DNA of 64,000 nucleotides from a virus (Duplodnaviria; Heunggongvirae; Uroviricota; Caudoviricetes): IMG/VR virus record IMGVR_UViG_3300028797_000097; one strand, 5' to 3'. Shown piece by piece: positions 48,685 to 56,938 of this stretch (position 1 is its first letter; each line of letters starts with the position of its first letter). The notes under the pieces were generated by a model. It saw only the letters and a program-made list of their open reading frames with translations, ran no database searches and was not told where the DNA came from. The position numbers and the translations under genes were made by a program.

Positions 48685-49183
48685 AATTGATCCAATGAGT
48701 ATTGTCGATGGTGACGGTTGTCGAGTAACACTTTTTGTTTCAGGTTGTAGAAATCATTGTAAAGGGTGTTTTAATCCAGAAACATGGAATTTTGACTATG
48801 GTCAACCATATACAGAAATTACAGAAAATGAAATTATTGAAGCCTGTAAGAAATCATATATTGCTGGGTTAACTGTTCTTGGTGGAGAACCAATGGAAAA
48901 AGAAAACCAAGCAGAAATTTATAAACTCATTACTAATTTCAAACGTGCATATCCTGGTAAAAATGTTTGGTTATTTACTGGTTATATTTATGAAAAAGAT
49001 TTATTAGAAGGTCAGCGTCAAAATATAAATGGGTTAACTTCTTCTTTATTAGAAATGGTTGATATTCTGGTTGACGGACCATTTATTCTTGAACAGAGAG
49101 ATTTGAATTTAAAGTTTAGGGGAAGCACGAATCAAAGGCTATTAACAAGAGATGAAAGACAAAGGTTACAAAATGACAATTAA
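48671..49183 (+). CDS. nrdG: NrdG, anaerobic RNR activating radical-SAM enzyme
   Basis: GDGCRVTLFVSGCRNHCKGCFNPETW, GGEP and VDGPF...RGSTNQR. Confidence 0.9.
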   Translation: MNYSKIDPMSIVDGDGCRVTLFVSGCRNHCKGCFNPETWNFDYGQPYTEITENEIIEACKKSYIAGLTVLGGEPMEKENQAEIYKLITNFKRAYPGKNVWLFTGYIYEKDLLEGQRQNINGLTSSLLEMVDILVDGPFILEQRDLNLKFRGSTNQRLLTRDERQRLQNDN

Positions 49184-49823
49184 AGACTTAATTAAAGTCC
49201 AGAAGAAAGACGGATTATTTAAAAACTGTGCATCCGTTTTAAGATATATTCCAAGAGAACTATTATTCGATGGTAGAGAAGCTGACCGTCCAGAATTAAC
49301 ATTGGGTCTTGAAAGACAACTTATCCATGAAAAAGATTGGAAAGATGCAAGTGATGAAAGTAAGAAAGAATTAGATGTAATTCATGCATGTATGGATGTT
49401 GCTAATGTTATTGAAATTCACAAAGATCCAGAGTCTACTGCTTCTAAAGAAGAACGTTGTGGTGTATTGTTGACTAATTTAATGAAGGAATGTAATTCTA
49501 TTAGAACAAGTACTCGCCGTTGTGCAGGTAATTATATTCTTATCAATAATGCATTTAAGAAAGAATTAGAAGAACTTGGTGCATTTTCAACTCCATTTAT
49601 TAATGTTTCAACTGATAACACTGAATATCTTGTTAATGGTGTTATTAAAATGAGTGTTGCAACATTTGATGAAGATACACCAATGGCATTAATCGGATAT
49701 TCTGGAACTAGTAGGTTTGATGGTGGAATCGTTTTAGCAGAAGACGAAGAAAATAATAAGTATGCGATTGCTGACCGATTCTACGATAGTGATAAGTATT
49801 ATAGATTAATTAAACTTGTATAG
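49152..49823 (+). CDS. Paralog B of the 220-aa family
   Basis: See paralog A. Overlaps the end of nrdG by 32 nt. Confidence 0.5.
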   Translation: MKDKGYKMTIKDLIKVQKKDGLFKNCASVLRYIPRELLFDGREADRPELTLGLERQLIHEKDWKDASDESKKELDVIHACMDVANVIEIHKDPESTASKEERCGVLLTNLMKECNSIRTSTRRCAGNYILINNAFKKELEELGAFSTPFINVSTDNTEYLVNGVIKMSVATFDEDTPMALIGYSGTSRFDGGIVLAEDEENNKYAIADRFYDSDKYYRLIKLV

Positions 49824-49826
49824 AAT

Positions 49827-50756
49827 ATGAGATATATTAAAGGGAGAAGTAATTTAAGTTGCACAATTTTTGTGCCATGGGATTGTAATAATCATTGCAA
49901 GTTCTGTACATCTAAGCAGATGTATAAACAAAGAACTTGTGATATTAATGCAATTCTTGCACAAATCAAAAAACTTAATGAAAATCCGTTAATTGAAGAA
50001 TTTGTATTAACAGGTGGAGAACCATTAGCAGATATTGAGAAATGTCAGATTCTTATTGACGCTATGGAGAAACCTGTTTATATCAATACTACATTCCCAA
50101 CATTTACAGATTTGCCTGGAACAGTAGAAATGTCTAAAGTCAAGACGTTAATCGATTTCATTAATAATAATGAAAAGATTGGTGGTTTGAATATTTCCAG
50201 ACATATGCATCAACAGTTTTATGAACCAGTTTTGCCAGTAGATATGTTTGCACATTTAATTAAGAAACATATTAAATTAAATGTAGTTCTTTCTAAGGAG
50301 TTTAATATAAACGAATTTAAAGCGTTTATAGAACCTTATAAAGAATTAGAAAATCTATCTATCTGTATTAGAGCAGATTATCGGAATATTACTAAAGATA
50401 ACTTAAAGAATCGTGACGATGTATTTGAAAAGTTAATTTTAGAATATGAATATGAAAGTTCTGGCGGATGTATGGTTTGTAATGACGATAGATTTTGGAA
50501 TAATAATTTATTAATCAGTTATCATCGTGGAATGGAACATTCTAAAGTAGTTTATGGTAATAAGATATTTGTAAATGATATTTTGATTACTATTGATGGA
50601 CAAGTTTATGATGACTGGGATTTAGTAACAAATACAGAATTTGAAAGATGGGTATTTGGCGAATATTTATTGACAGATGATATATCTGAATATGAAAATG
50701 ATCCAGTATATATTGATTGGTTATTGAAAAAGAATGGTGAAGAAGGTATATTATGA
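49827..50756 (+). CDS. Second radical-SAM enzyme (309 aa) with a C-terminal CxxC (possible auxiliary cluster)
   Basis: CTIFVPWDCNNHCKFC (CxxxCxxC), GGEPL and a C-terminal GGCMVCNDD. Confidence 0.7.
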   Translation: MRYIKGRSNLSCTIFVPWDCNNHCKFCTSKQMYKQRTCDINAILAQIKKLNENPLIEEFVLTGGEPLADIEKCQILIDAMEKPVYINTTFPTFTDLPGTVEMSKVKTLIDFINNNEKIGGLNISRHMHQQFYEPVLPVDMFAHLIKKHIKLNVVLSKEFNINEFKAFIEPYKELENLSICIRADYRNITKDNLKNRDDVFEKLILEYEYESSGGCMVCNDDRFWNNNLLISYHRGMEHSKVVYGNKIFVNDILITIDGQVYDDWDLVTNTEFERWVFGEYLLTDDISEYENDPVYIDWLLKKNGEEGIL

Positions 50757-50953
50757 CATTAACTGAATTACGACAAAAACTTAAAACCGCAGGTATGAAA
50801 CAACTTAAAATTACTGGTTGTGGTGGATATGTAGGATGTGGAACTGGTGGTTATTATGACTATGCCAATGCACATTTTGGAAATCCTCCACAATGGGTAT
50901 CGTATAGTTGCGGATTTTATATGAGATGTGGTGGTCCTACTACATGTGGTTAA
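50753..50953 (+). CDS. 66-aa Cys/Gly-rich peptide with the family N-terminal module, translationally coupled (ATGA) to the radical-SAM gene
   Basis: MTLTELRQKLKTAGMKQLKITGCGGYVGCGTGGYYDY...YSCGFYMRCGGPTTCG. Confidence 0.45.
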   Translation: MTLTELRQKLKTAGMKQLKITGCGGYVGCGTGGYYDYANAHFGNPPQWVSYSCGFYMRCGGPTTCG

Positions 50954-50993
50954 AAAGAAAGAGTCAAGAAAACCTTGACTCTTTTTATATTAT

Positions 50994-51605
50994 TTAAATT
51001 GATGGTTTAACATGTGTTATAGGCAGTCTAAGTAATTTATCTGGAAGTATATTTAATTTTGAAAGTAATGTATATGCGACTTCACGACTAATACCAGATT
51101 CATATAAAGTTTCAATTATTTCAACTGTTCTTATCTCGCTAGTTTTTATTTTACGTGCAAGTTTATAAATTTTAGTGAATTTAGAATAGTCATTACTTTC
51201 ATTTATATTAATTATAATTTTGCCAGTTTTAGGATTTTTATATTCTGCACAACCATAATATGAATTATATCCAGTAAATTCATATCTTTTATTTTTGACA
51301 ATAATAGTTGCTGGTGTTTCATCTTCATCATCGTCATAATAATAACTGCCACAACCGCTACTATGACAACTAGAAACATATCCGCAACCTACTCTGACAC
51401 TTCTGGATATTGTACCACATCCACCACCATAACTACTGCTACTACCACATCCAGAACTATAGCTGGAACCGCAACCACTGCTGCCGCACCCAGAACTATA
51501 ACTGCTGCTTCCGCTACAACCACCACTATAACTACCGCATTCATTAAGCCTACGAACAGTGTAGCCTTTATTTTTAAGTAATTCTCTTGCTTCTAATAAA
51601 TTCAT
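50994..51605 (-). CDS. N-terminal-module family protein with a Cys/Gly/Ser/Tyr low-complexity region
   Basis: MNLLEARELLKNKGYTVRRL followed by GGCSGSSSYSSGCGSSGCGSSYSSGCG. Confidence 0.5.
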   Translation of the reverse strand: MNLLEARELLKNKGYTVRRLNECGSYSGGCSGSSSYSSGCGSSGCGSSYSSGCGSSSSYGGGCGTISRSVRVGCGYVSSCHSSGCGSYYYDDDEDETPATIIVKNKRYEFTGYNSYYGCAEYKNPKTGKIIININESNDYSKFTKIYKLARKIKTSEIRTVEIIETLYESGISREVAYTLLSKLNILPDKLLRLPITHVKPSI

Positions 51606-51619
51606 AAATGCCCCTTACA

Positions 51620-51994
51620 TTAGAACAACCAGTCTAATTCTATCATTACTCCCCATTTACAATATCTAATAGTTACATCAAAGCCTCGTTCTTTTGCAAG
51701 TTTAAAGTATTTTTTAAATATTGTAGGATTATCTTCGTATTCTTTATCATGTACTATAATACCTGTACTACCTTCTTCATATTTAGCATGACCATATTTA
51801 ACATTTGATAATATAGCATCAAGGCCAACAAGTTTTGATTCTTCTGCAGTAAGTTCATTTTTTATTGCAGTAAATTCATCAAACAGTAATTTTTGTTTGT
51901 CAGAATCTAATTTTATTGGGGCTTCTTCAAGTTCTTCTTTAATAATAGCATAGCCATTATCTTTAAGTAATTCTGTTGCTTCTTGTAAGTTCAT
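51620..51994 (-). CDS. N-terminal-module family protein (124 aa)
   Basis: MNLQEATELLKDNGYAIIKE. Confidence 0.5.
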   Translation of the reverse strand: MNLQEATELLKDNGYAIIKEELEEAPIKLDSDKQKLLFDEFTAIKNELTAEESKLVGLDAILSNVKYGHAKYEEGSTGIIVHDKEYEDNPTIFKKYFKLAKERGFDVTIRYCKWGVMIELDWLF

Positions 51995-52007
51995 TTTAAA
52001 TCCTTTA

Positions 52008-52442
52008 TTAAAAATTATTTAAAAATGCATGCATTATTGCACCTTTTTGGTAAATAGCATTACATTCTTCATAAACTGCTTTTTTGCTTTTTAGTTTCTT
52101 AAAGTCTTCTTCAGTTAATGGATTAGGATCTTCAGATTTCCAACCTAATTCCCATGCTTCCTGTAGGTCTTTTTTAGGGGTATCATAGTCTTTGCAATAA
52201 CGTTTTAAAACAATTTCACCAATATCTTTACCGGTATCGTTCAATTCTTTTTCAGAGAGAATGGTATTTTGATAGCCTATTTGGACGGTATTCTGTGCCC
52301 AAGAAGAATTTATAAGTTTAGAACGATATGCTAGATAATCATCGGCACTATTAAAACGTATTTCAGATTCATTCATTACAGGTTTATCTATAACCTTGTA
52401 ATGATTTTCTTTTAATATAGATATAGCTTCTTTTAAGTTCAT
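52008..52442 (-). CDS. N-terminal-module family protein (144 aa)
   Basis: MNLKEAISILKENHYKVIDK. Confidence 0.5.
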   Translation of the reverse strand: MNLKEAISILKENHYKVIDKPVMNESEIRFNSADDYLAYRSKLINSSWAQNTVQIGYQNTILSEKELNDTGKDIGEIVLKRYCKDYDTPKKDLQEAWELGWKSEDPNPLTEEDFKKLKSKKAVYEECNAIYQKGAIMHAFLNNF

Positions 52443-52460
52443 AAGAGTATTCTTTAAATA

Positions 52461-53096
52461 TTAGAGTTCTTCGTTAATTCTATCAGCAGCATCTTGTGGA
52501 GCAATAAGACCTTGATTATAAAGGTCAGCAGCAATTTGCTTTGCCCTTGGTAAATCTTCATCATCGAGCATACCACCATCTTCCTGAGCTAAAGATAGAG
52601 CCTTAGCAATATAGTCTTCTTCAGCATTTGGAACCATAGTTTCGATTTCATCATCGTCAATCGGTGCAAATTCCATTTCATCAAAGAAAAGTTCAATCTT
52701 ACGGCCAGGTTTCTTTTCTTCTCTGACATAACCAAGTTCCTTAAGAACTTCAGACCATTGTGTATTTTTGTATGTTCTTAGGCGAGACTTTACAAAAGCA
52801 ATTTCACGTGGAGTCAAAACTTCACCATTCTGAACTTTTTCTGCTAATGGAGAAAGATAAGCAGCATCAGTTTGGTTAAAACCCCTATAATTACGTAAAA
52901 CGGTACGTCTACCTTGCTTTTCGAAATCTACCTGACGTCCATACATACCAATGAGAAGAACAATAACGAACTTATCATTTTCCAAATATTCCTTAATTCG
53001 CTGATTAAGCTGGAAATTTGATGTATAAACATCTTCCTTTATGATTTTATAACCGTGTTCTTTAATAACTTTAATAGCTTCTGCCATTTTTTTCAT
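52461..53096 (-). CDS. N-terminal-module family protein, variant (211 aa)
   Basis: MKKMAEAIKVIKEHGYKIIKED. Confidence 0.45.
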   Translation of the reverse strand: MKKMAEAIKVIKEHGYKIIKEDVYTSNFQLNQRIKEYLENDKFVIVLLIGMYGRQVDFEKQGRRTVLRNYRGFNQTDAAYLSPLAEKVQNGEVLTPREIAFVKSRLRTYKNTQWSEVLKELGYVREEKKPGRKIELFFDEMEFAPIDDDEIETMVPNAEEDYIAKALSLAQEDGGMLDDEDLPRAKQIAADLYNQGLIAPQDAADRINEEL

Positions 53097-53157
53097 AATT
53101 TAATCTCCTTACTATTATTTATAAGATAAAAATAGATTATATCCGATTATTTTGAGT

Positions 53158-53165
53158 TATAAATA
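53158..53165 (+). promoter_or_regulatory. T4-type late promoter TATAAATA upstream of the long tail fibre gene
   Basis: Exact motif 24 nt before ATG 53190, with RBS aaaagga. Confidence 0.45.
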
Positions 53166-53189
53166 ATAATAGAAAAAGGAAAGCTGCAT

Positions 53190-56100
53190 ATGATTATAAA
53201 AAACGGTAAAGTACTTGCTATAAATTCAGTAAAACATGATGATACTCTTAAGGGTAATGGTCTTAGCGGAACGCCATTAGGACTAAGTGAAACTGTAAAA
53301 CAGGTAATAGAAAGTAAGCAAAATAAATTATCTCCAGCCGATAATACTATTGCTATTTCTAATGACAAAATTAAGGTTAATACATCTGGTATTTCTGCTC
53401 AACAGATTCATCCGTCTGTTTTTGACCCGTATGCTTCTAAAACTTGGGTTAATGAACAAGGATTTTTAAAACAAGTAGCCCTTGAACCATATGCTTTATC
53501 AGCTGATGTAAGACGTGAATTTGATGCTTCTGCAGCATGGGTCAATGACCGTTTTGAACATATCCCTGGTGCTGAAGCTTATTATGGTGGCAATGGAATT
53601 AATGTAGATGGACACAAGATTGACCTTACTGCTGATGTTGTTTCTCATAATGAATTAACAGAAGCATTAAATCCATATGCAACTCAGGAATGGGTTGAAG
53701 GACGAGGCTATTTAACAGATGCAGATTTAAGTGATTTTGCAACAAAAGAATATGCACGTCAAGCTTCAGCTGCAGCTGTTTCTACTACTCAAAGTTGGGT
53801 AAATGATCAGGGTTATTTAAAAGCTAACGCATTAGACCCATATGCAAAAACTTCAGATGTTAATGCACAATTTAATGCTACTTCTGCTTGGGCAAATGAT
53901 AAATTCCAAGTTAAAGGTGATTATCTTACAAGTGCAGATTTAAATAATTATTATACAAAAGATAAAGTTTATAATAAAGAAGAAATTGATACATTACTTG
54001 CAAATTTTGGTGGTTTTAAAGTAGTATCTGGTGATGCACAACAAAATTATGCACCATCTTTAGATGAACACGGTGAATTATCTGACCATACAAAGCCAAA
54101 TGAAAAAACTATTTACTTGACAAAAGTAAGTACATTGTTAGAAGATAATTATAAAGAATGGATTTGGAAAGGTGGATCCATCTTTGATTGCATTGGTATT
54201 GCAACTATCGATTTACAAGGCTATGTAACTGATGAAGAATTAGCGGCAGAATTATTAAAGTATTATAAAAAATCAGATGTTGATGAGATGTTCCGAGTAA
54301 CTTCTGCTTGGGCTAATGAAACATTCCAGCCTATTGGTGAATATGTTAGTGCATCAAAGTTAAATGAGTATTATACAAAAACAGAAGTTGATGCAGAATT
54401 TAGAGAAACTTCTAGTTGGGCTAATGAAACATTCCAGCCTATTGGTAAATATGTCAGTGCAACAGACTTAGACAATTATTATACTAAGTCTGAAGTTAAT
54501 AATCAGTTTGAAGATTTATCTGCTACTGTTTCTAGCGAATATGCTAAGAAGACAGATATTCCAGAAGTTCCAGTTTATACTGCAGCTAATGAATATATTA
54601 AGATTACTAATGATTATGGTGTTTCTGGTTATGACTGGACAGATAAAATTAATACAAAGCAAGATGTTTTAACAATCGAACAACTTTCTGCAATTAGTTC
54701 TGTAAGTTCTGTTCAAGTTGTTTCTGGCAATTGGGTTACTTCTGCTTCTGATATTATCAGTGCTGAGGGTTTAGCATATTTCTTAGTCAAGGACGGAGAT
54801 AGTTCTAAGTGGGAAGGTGTTAATCTCTCTACATTGGGTAGTTCTTACGATGTTACTTCTGAAGATGATACTTTATTACATGTTACAACAGCAGTTGATA
54901 ATGGTGATGTAACATATACATTAAGCGCAAAAGATTGGACTACTGAGCTCGATGAAAAACAAGATAAACTCACAGAAGAACAAATCGAAGCAATTAGCTC
55001 TGTAAGTGCAATTCAGAATACTTCTGGAAATTGGGTTACTTCTGGTATTGATACAATCAGTGACCCTGCTCTTGCTTATGTTTTGGTCAAGGACGGTAAT
55101 AGTTCTAAATGGAATGGTGTAGATTTATCTACATTAGGAAAAACATATAATGTTTCTTCTGTAACTGAAAACTTGCTTACTGTTTCTGCTAAGACAGAAG
55201 ATAACCAAACAACATATATTTTAAGTGCTGCTGATTATCCAGAAATTCCAGAAATTCCTGATATTGTTGGTAGTGGTCTTGAAGCAGAATATGATGATGT
55301 AAATAACGAATATCTTGTTACAATGAGTGCAAGAGGTAATAATGGTATTTCTGCTGCTTATGATGATGAAAATAATGTTTGGGATATTGGTTTAAGTGCA
55401 AATAATTTTGCATATATGTATGATTCTTATACAAACGGCTATGTTGGTGATGTTAGTGCAAATACAATTCTTAATTTTAGTGGAACTAATCATAATAATA
55501 TTACAGTTGATCAAGACGGTTATATTATATTACCAGAGACCGGTAATAAGTTTACTTTCTGTATAAATGAATATATTGATAATAATAACCCTGGAACACA
55601 TAGTTACTTATTAAATAAATTAACATTAAGTTCTGATAAAGGTGATAATCTTGCTTCTACAATGACATATTATCCAACCGAAGTTGGTGCAAGTAATGCA
55701 ACATTGGCAATTACTATTGACCATTCTGTAGATCCTACAAGAAAATATGCGGTTGTTTATGAAGGAAGTACAATTCCACTTTCTGCATATTTGAATGCAA
55801 CTATCAGCGTTGTTGAAGAAGTTTCAACACTTGGTATGATTAATCGTGGTGAAAGTGACGTTTATGTAGGTGATAAGCCAATTAATGTCAATAATGATAC
55901 AAGACATATTAGCCTTGGTTTTGATACTGGTATTTTCACATTAAATAGTAATCAAGAATTAACACTTAATGCAAATGGTACTGGTGGTGGTGATACTCCA
56001 GTTGATCCTGTTGCATTTAATAAGTTACTTAATAGCATTAATGGTCGTATTGTTGAAACAATCCCTATCGGTGTTATTAATTATGCAACTGCACTTAATA

Positions 56101-56576
56101 ATAATTATTCCATTGCATATCTATTCAGACCAATGATTGAATTCGATATGACACCTCAGACAACTGCCAGATTTATTGCAGGTAATGCCAGTGCAGGTAA
56201 TTCTACTGTCATGATTGACGTTTATGAATTAAATGAATCTAATTACACAATAAATCTTATGTGGTGGAGTGAAACTAAGACATTAACTACATCTAAGGGC
56301 GAACAGGTATTAAATGCAAACGATGGTTGTACTCTAACAAAAACAATTTATCCAGATAGATTGTATTATGCTAGAATTATTTGTACTGGACAACAGATAC
56401 AACAGTTATTAGGTATAAATAATACAGTAACTGAAGATATAGGACCTTATGACCTTGTATATGTCAATGACCATCCAGACACTAATCCATTTAACTTGGA
56501 GGGTAGAACAGTTAATAATCTTGGTGTTGTTGGAAATGCTAGCTTTAAACCATATATCGGCTTTAAGAATACGTAG
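53190..56576 (+). CDS. Long tail fibre protein (1128 aa) with internal repeats
   Basis: N-terminal fibre module shared with 24800-28633. 36-aa repeats (W(A/V)N(D/E).FQP.G.YV...L..YYTK.EVD). Two repeats of about 100 aa. Confidence 0.65.
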   Translation: MIIKNGKVLAINSVKHDDTLKGNGLSGTPLGLSETVKQVIESKQNKLSPADNTIAISNDKIKVNTSGISAQQIHPSVFDPYASKTWVNEQGFLKQVALEPYALSADVRREFDASAAWVNDRFEHIPGAEAYYGGNGINVDGHKIDLTADVVSHNELTEALNPYATQEWVEGRGYLTDADLSDFATKEYARQASAAAVSTTQSWVNDQGYLKANALDPYAKTSDVNAQFNATSAWANDKFQVKGDYLTSADLNNYYTKDKVYNKEEIDTLLANFGGFKVVSGDAQQNYAPSLDEHGELSDHTKPNEKTIYLTKVSTLLEDNYKEWIWKGGSIFDCIGIATIDLQGYVTDEELAAELLKYYKKSDVDEMFRVTSAWANETFQPIGEYVSASKLNEYYTKTEVDAEFRETSSWANETFQPIGKYVSATDLDNYYTKSEVNNQFEDLSATVSSEYAKKTDIPEVPVYTAANEYIKITNDYGVSGYDWTDKINTKQDVLTIEQLSAISSVSSVQVVSGNWVTSASDIISAEGLAYFLVKDGDSSKWEGVNLSTLGSSYDVTSEDDTLLHVTTAVDNGDVTYTLSAKDWTTELDEKQDKLTEEQIEAISSVSAIQNTSGNWVTSGIDTISDPALAYVLVKDGNSSKWNGVDLSTLGKTYNVSSVTENLLTVSAKTEDNQTTYILSAADYPEIPEIPDIVGSGLEAEYDDVNNEYLVTMSARGNNGISAAYDDENNVWDIGLSANNFAYMYDSYTNGYVGDVSANTILNFSGTNHNNITVDQDGYIILPETGNKFTFCINEYIDNNNPGTHSYLLNKLTLSSDKGDNLASTMTYYPTEVGASNATLAITIDHSVDPTRKYAVVYEGSTIPLSAYLNATISVVEEVSTLGMINRGESDVYVGDKPINVNNDTRHISLGFDTGIFTLNSNQELTLNANGTGGGDTPVDPVAFNKLLNSINGRIVETIPIGVINYATALNNNYSIAYLFRPMIEFDMTPQTTARFIAGNASAGNSTVMIDVYELNESNYTINLMWWSETKTLTTSKGEQVLNANDGCTLTKTIYPDRLYYARIICTGQQIQQLLGINNTVTEDIGPYDLVYVNDHPDTNPFNLEGRTVNNLGVVGNASFKPYIGFKNT
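54291..54510 (+). repeat. Tandem direct repeat, 2 x about 108 bp, inside the fibre gene
   Basis: tgggctaatgaaacattccagcctattggt occurs at 54309 and 54417. Confidence 0.7.
54660..55250 (+). repeat. Tandem direct repeat, 2 x about 300 bp, inside the fibre gene
   Basis: gcaattag(t/c)tctgtaagt...ggaaattgggttacttctg... recurs with a period of about 300 bp (54691 and 54990). Confidence 0.65.
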
Positions 56577-56584
56577 GTAAGTAA

Positions 56585-56935
56585 ATGATTACAAGTTATA
56601 ATAAAAAGACAATTAGTGAAGGAAAAGCCGGTTTTACACTTGGCATTCCTGAATTATGGAATGGCGCTCATAATCTTTCGGGTCTTGACTGGAATTATTG
56701 TGTTGCACCGTTTATTGACAGAGACTTACATGAAAAATTGTTGGCTGTCACACAAAAAGAAATGGCACCAATCATTACTACTGTTACAATGATTCTTTCT
56801 TTAATTAGAAGCGGATATTTTTATACAGCAAGTTTATTGGTTCAACAGCTTGATGTTTCATCAAGCGCAACATTAACAGAAATTAAAGCTTGGTTACTTA
56901 AGTCTTTAATTGAAGCAGACGATACAGAGGAATAA
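56585..56935 (+). CDS. Small fibre-associated protein (assembly factor candidate)
   Basis: 116-aa ORF between two fibre genes. Confidence 0.35.
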   Translation: MITSYNKKTISEGKAGFTLGIPELWNGAHNLSGLDWNYCVAPFIDRDLHEKLLAVTQKEMAPIITTVTMILSLIRSGYFYTASLLVQQLDVSSSATLTEIKAWLLKSLIEADDTEE

Positions 56936-56938
56936 TTT

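Noticed and set aside
51363-51581. Thr/Ala-rich plus-strand ORF (MTTRNISATYSDTSG...)
   Set aside because: It is the opposite strand of the Cys/Gly/Ser codon repeat of gene 50994..51605. A mirror-image low-complexity artefact.
50753-53096. CRISPR-like or other regularly spaced noncoding repeat explaining the similar gene starts
   Set aside because: The similarity is at the protein level (a conserved N-terminal module), not a fixed-length DNA repeat with spacers.
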